This document shows, in pieces, positions 60,897 through 64,000 of a stretch of 64,000 nucleotides of DNA. This stretch comes from an archaeon UBA583 (GTDB lineage Archaea; Nanobdellota; Nanobdellia; Woesearchaeales; UBA583). Positions within the stretch are counted from its first letter, which is position 1. Each line of letters starts with the position of its first letter. The DNA lies in the NCBI GenBank assembly GCA_002506365.1, contig DAXK01000025.1, positions 34,692 through 98,691 of the forward strand, given 5' to 3'. The notes under the pieces were generated by a model. That model saw only the letters and a list, made by a program, of their open reading frames with translations, ran no database searches and was not told where the DNA came from. A program made the position numbers and the translations under genes.

Positions 60897-61394
60897 TTAA
60901 GCCACATCTAAAATTTTCTTTAAAGCAATAGATGAAATAACTGAACATGTAAAATAAGTCCCTAACCATCCAAATTGTGTAAACCCTAAATCCCAAAATT
61001 CTCCTAAATGACCATAATAAGTCTTAATAAAAAAAAATAAAAATAACATTGGAATCATTGTAATTAACATAATTTTTGGATTCATAGCATGTTTCATATT
61101 CTCTAAATTTTTTTTCATAATCTCAGACTGTAAAGCTTGCGCTTTCTTTGGGTCTTTTTTCATCATTTCTCGAACTTTCTTTTGTAACTTTTTCATATCA
61201 GCTCTTAAAGCTTTAATTTTTACTTGGTCTGATAAAAACTTATTAACTAAAGTTGTAAATAAAGCTCCAACTAATGCAATTAAAGCAATATCTAAAACTG
61301 GGCTAGATAAAAAAGGGGCAGTTTGCCCAATTAATGTAGGAATCACTGTATCATTAACAGCACCCACAATTGTTTCATTTAATGTTTGATTCAT
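60897..61394 (-). CDS. EMC3/TMCO1 (DUF106, Oxa1-superfamily) membrane insertase-like protein
   Basis: TM, coiled coil, NPKIMLITMIP, GWLGTYF...LKKILDV. Confidence 0.88.
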   Translation of the reverse strand: MNQTLNETIVGAVNDTVIPTLIGQTAPFLSSPVLDIALIALVGALFTTLVNKFLSDQVKIKALRADMKKLQKKVREMMKKDPKKAQALQSEIMKKNLENMKHAMNPKIMLITMIPMLFLFFFIKTYYGHLGEFWDLGFTQFGWLGTYFTCSVISSIALKKILDVA

Positions 61395-61444
61395 AACTAT
61401 TAATATTTAATTACATTTATAAAATTTAGTAACCTCTTAATTTT

Positions 61445-62116
61445 ATGAGATATTCAAGACAAGACGCCTTAAAACAATTACCAAACAATTTTTCTAAAAC
61501 AATCCACAATAAAAAATTAATTATCGTAGGATGTGGTGGAATTGGTTCACCATTATCTGAATTATTAGTAAGAGGAGGATTTCAACATTTAACATTATTA
61601 GATACAGATTTAGTTGATCAAACAAACCTTCAAAGACAAACATTTATTGAATCAGATGTTGGAACTCCAAAAACAACTGCTTTAAATCAAAGGCTAAACC
61701 AAATTGACTCAAAATCAAATATAAATATAATCAATGATACACTAAACTCTGAAAACATCAATCAAATTTGTAAAAATGCTGATTTAATATTAGATTGCAC
61801 AGATAATTTTGAAACAAGAATATTAATTAATCAATATTGTGAACAAAATAAAAAAGATTGGATTTATTCTGGAGCTGTAAAAACACAAATAATCTCTTGT
61901 TTATTTTTAGGAGAAACTAAATTATTCAAAAAAGTATTTCCAAAACCAATCCAAGATGAATCATGTTGTGAAGTTGGAGTATTAGCATCAACAACATTCG
62001 CCAGTGCAAGCTTAACATATAACCAAGTTTTAAAATATTTTTTAGGTCAAAAAGAACAAAATTTAATTAAACAAGACTTATGGAACAACCAACTTTTTTC
62101 AATTAAATTAAAATAA
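61445..62116 (+). CDS. ThiF/MoeB/UbaA-family E1-like adenylyltransferase
   Basis: RYSRQ, GCGGIG, DTDLVDQTNLQRQ, DCTDNFETR, SCCEVGVL. Confidence 0.93.
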   Translation: MRYSRQDALKQLPNNFSKTIHNKKLIIVGCGGIGSPLSELLVRGGFQHLTLLDTDLVDQTNLQRQTFIESDVGTPKTTALNQRLNQIDSKSNINIINDTLNSENINQICKNADLILDCTDNFETRILINQYCEQNKKDWIYSGAVKTQIISCLFLGETKLFKKVFPKPIQDESCCEVGVLASTTFASASLTYNQVLKYFLGQKEQNLIKQDLWNNQLFSIKLK

Positions 62117-62317
62117 TTTTATTACTTTTTCAAAATTTCAACTAATTTTCACTACACACATTAAACACACAACAATTATATAACTTATATAAATAAAATA
62201 TACATTGTATATTTAATGATTCTGGATACCTCAAGTCAGTAAATACTAAAAAAGATAAATAAAAACAATATAATTAAATACATTGTATTTAATAACATAT
62301 AAATTTTAAAATCAAAA

Positions 62318-62803
62318 ATGAATTCAAAAAATAAAAATAATCCAGAAAAAATAAATCAAAAAAATTCAAAATATGGAGAAAATGGATTTAGAAATATTTC
62401 AGCAGTTGTAATAATAAATAAAAATAATAAAAAATTACTATTCCAACAAAGACCAAAAGAAACCAAATGGAATCCAGATGTATGGGGATTTTTTGGAGGT
62501 AAATTTGAAAATAATGAAACTAAAGAACTTTGCGCGATTCGTGAAATAAAAGAAGAAACAAATCTAAATTTAAACATAAATAAATTAAAATATATTAATA
62601 TGTATATTTATGAAAATACTAATTGTTATTTTTTTTATTACTTTTTAGAAGAATCTGAACTAAAACATTTTAAACTACAGGAAGGACAAGACTTTTGCTG
62701 GAAATCATACCATCAAAGTTTAGAACTTGACTTTGGAACAGTAAAAAACTGGCAACTAAACTTTCTAAACAATGAAATTAAAAACATATTAAAAATTAAT
62801 TAA
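62318..62803 (+). CDS. Nudix hydrolase
   Basis: WGFFGGKFENNE...REIKEETN, LQEGQ. Confidence 0.88.
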   Translation: MNSKNKNNPEKINQKNSKYGENGFRNISAVVIINKNNKKLLFQQRPKETKWNPDVWGFFGGKFENNETKELCAIREIKEETNLNLNINKLKYINMYIYENTNCYFFYYFLEESELKHFKLQEGQDFCWKSYHQSLELDFGTVKNWQLNFLNNEIKNILKIN

Positions 62804-62839
62804 ATAATTAATTAATTAATTAATTAACACATAACCAAA

Positions 62840-62983
62840 CTACTCACAAATCTCAACTGTTTCATTATTTGAAAAATTAACTTCCCAGCACTTAAATTCA
62901 TAAGGTTACTCATTAAAATTTAAAACTATTAACATTACTCCTAAACTTAAAATAACTAAAATTACAATAATTATTTTTTCCAT
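62840..62983 (-). pseudogene. Small membrane-anchored ORF with one in-frame TAA
   Basis: MEKIIIVILVILSLGVMLIVLNFNE*PYEFKCWEVNFSNNETVEICE*; TAA at 62908-62906; TATA-like TTTAAATA ~27 nt upstream. Confidence 0.4.
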
Positions 62984-63208
62984 TCCACAAACAATCTAAT
63001 TTTATTACTTATTTAAACAAATGTTATACTTTAAATTAACCTAAAACTAATAAATTTAAAAATAATTCTTAATATGATTAAATTATTTAATCAAACTCAA
63101 ACAAAAAACACTTTTTTAATAAAATTAATATAATTATTTCAAACATAGAATAAAATACATCAAACATAACTTCATAACTTTGAGAATAAAATAAAGTTTC
63201 ACATTGAA

Positions 63209-63250
63209 ACTTTGTAAAATTCTTTGATTTTACAACAGATTAGGAATTCA
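63209..63250. repeat. Dispersed hairpin repeat, single variant unit
   Basis: ACTTTGTAAAATTCTTTGATTTTACAACAGATTAGGAAT. Confidence 0.65.
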
Positions 63251-63321
63251 TCAAAATATTCTTAAATACTAAAATTACAACCTTAAATAAAAATTAATAG
63301 AAATAAAAAGAATAGATAAAT

Positions 63322-64000
63322 CTATTCAGTAATTTTTAAAATCATTTTTTGTTCCTTAGCAATCTTTACTAAAGAATCTCTAAACTTATCAAATAACTTT
63401 TGAGCTGACTTTAAATCATCGTGAGTAATTGTTACTGCAAACTCACCTGCAGCAGTATAAATAATTGAAACTTTATCATAATTTAAAGGTTTTAAAGACT
63501 CACTAATTGCATCTTTAATTAAAATTGATCCATTCCCCGCTGTTGACTTTAAAGAAAAATTTTCCTTAAACACAACTTCCTCAGGTTTAATTCTCTCATT
63601 AATAATTTTTAAAAATGCATCCTTTGTTTTTTGATCAATCTCAGTAAACATATCAAGTTTCTTATTATCAATCATAATATCATATAATGCATCATAAACT
63701 GTTTCATACTCCTCAAAAATTGGTTCATAAGTATTCTCAAATAAAGTATCCTTATCAGAACCTACTTCCTTTGCAACATCCATATAAATTCTCTCAGAAT
63801 ACTCTTCCTTTTTAATAGACTCTTGTTTATCCTTCATAACTTGAATTGGAACTCTTCTCAAAGAAACATCAATTCTATTTAATTTAGGGTCAACTCTTAA
63901 AACCTTACAAACAATAACTTTATTCTCAACAACATGATCTCTTAAATTTCTAATTCTTCCAGGTGCAATCTCTGAAATTGTTAAAACTCCTTCCTTTTCA
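63322..64000 (-). CDS. eif2a: Translation initiation factor 2 alpha subunit, 5' end outside the window
   Basis: Frame is open to the window edge: KEGVLTISEIAPGRIRNLRDHV...VCKVLRVD...IDVSLRRV (S1 domain). Confidence 0.93.
   Translation of the reverse strand, partial: EKEGVLTISEIAPGRIRNLRDHVVENKVIVCKVLRVDPKLNRIDVSLRRVPIQVMKDKQESIKKEEYSERIYMDVAKEVGSDKDTLFENTYEPIFEEYETVYDALYDIMIDNKKLDMFTEIDQKTKDAFLKIINERIKPEEVVFKENFSLKSTAGNGSILIKDAISESLKPLNYDKVSIIYTAAGEFAVTITHDDLKSAQKLFDKFRDSLVKIAKEQKMILKITE

Overview
Very AT-rich chromosomal segment of a DPANN-type archaeon, most like Nanobdellota/Woesearchaeota. The call rests on TFB, two histones, Rpo10, aIF2-alpha, GatE, RadB, archaeal SecY/uL15, PolB with a PIP box, scattered operons and mostly leaderless genes. 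I support about 55 CDS, three intron-less tRNAs (Trp-CCA, His-GTG, Leu-TAG), and see no rRNA, CRISPR array, integrase or intact IS. The main finding is 9579-10622: an archaeal class III (type IV pilin-like) signal peptide fused to a DUF3380/muraidase-type N-acetylmuramidase domain, i.e. a probable peptidoglycan hydrolase on the surface of an organism that should have no peptidoglycan. It lies in a ~12 kb block that also encodes a secreted RCC1-repeat/CARDB/lipase fusion missed by the ORF track, a 9x-repeat surface protein and a HerA/VirB4-like ATPase, which may together form a toolkit for attacking bacteria. Other items not evident from the ORF track: three tandem 34-39 aa CxxC-CxxC microproteins, two divergent histones separated by a single in-frame stop, a dispersed hairpin repeat family with a compensatory change (one copy in a long structured leader), ORB-like boxes upstream of polB, a half-length Hel308-like helicase and a membrane-anchored Schlafen/AlbA_2 protein. 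All family calls are from motif recognition by eye; no searches were run.
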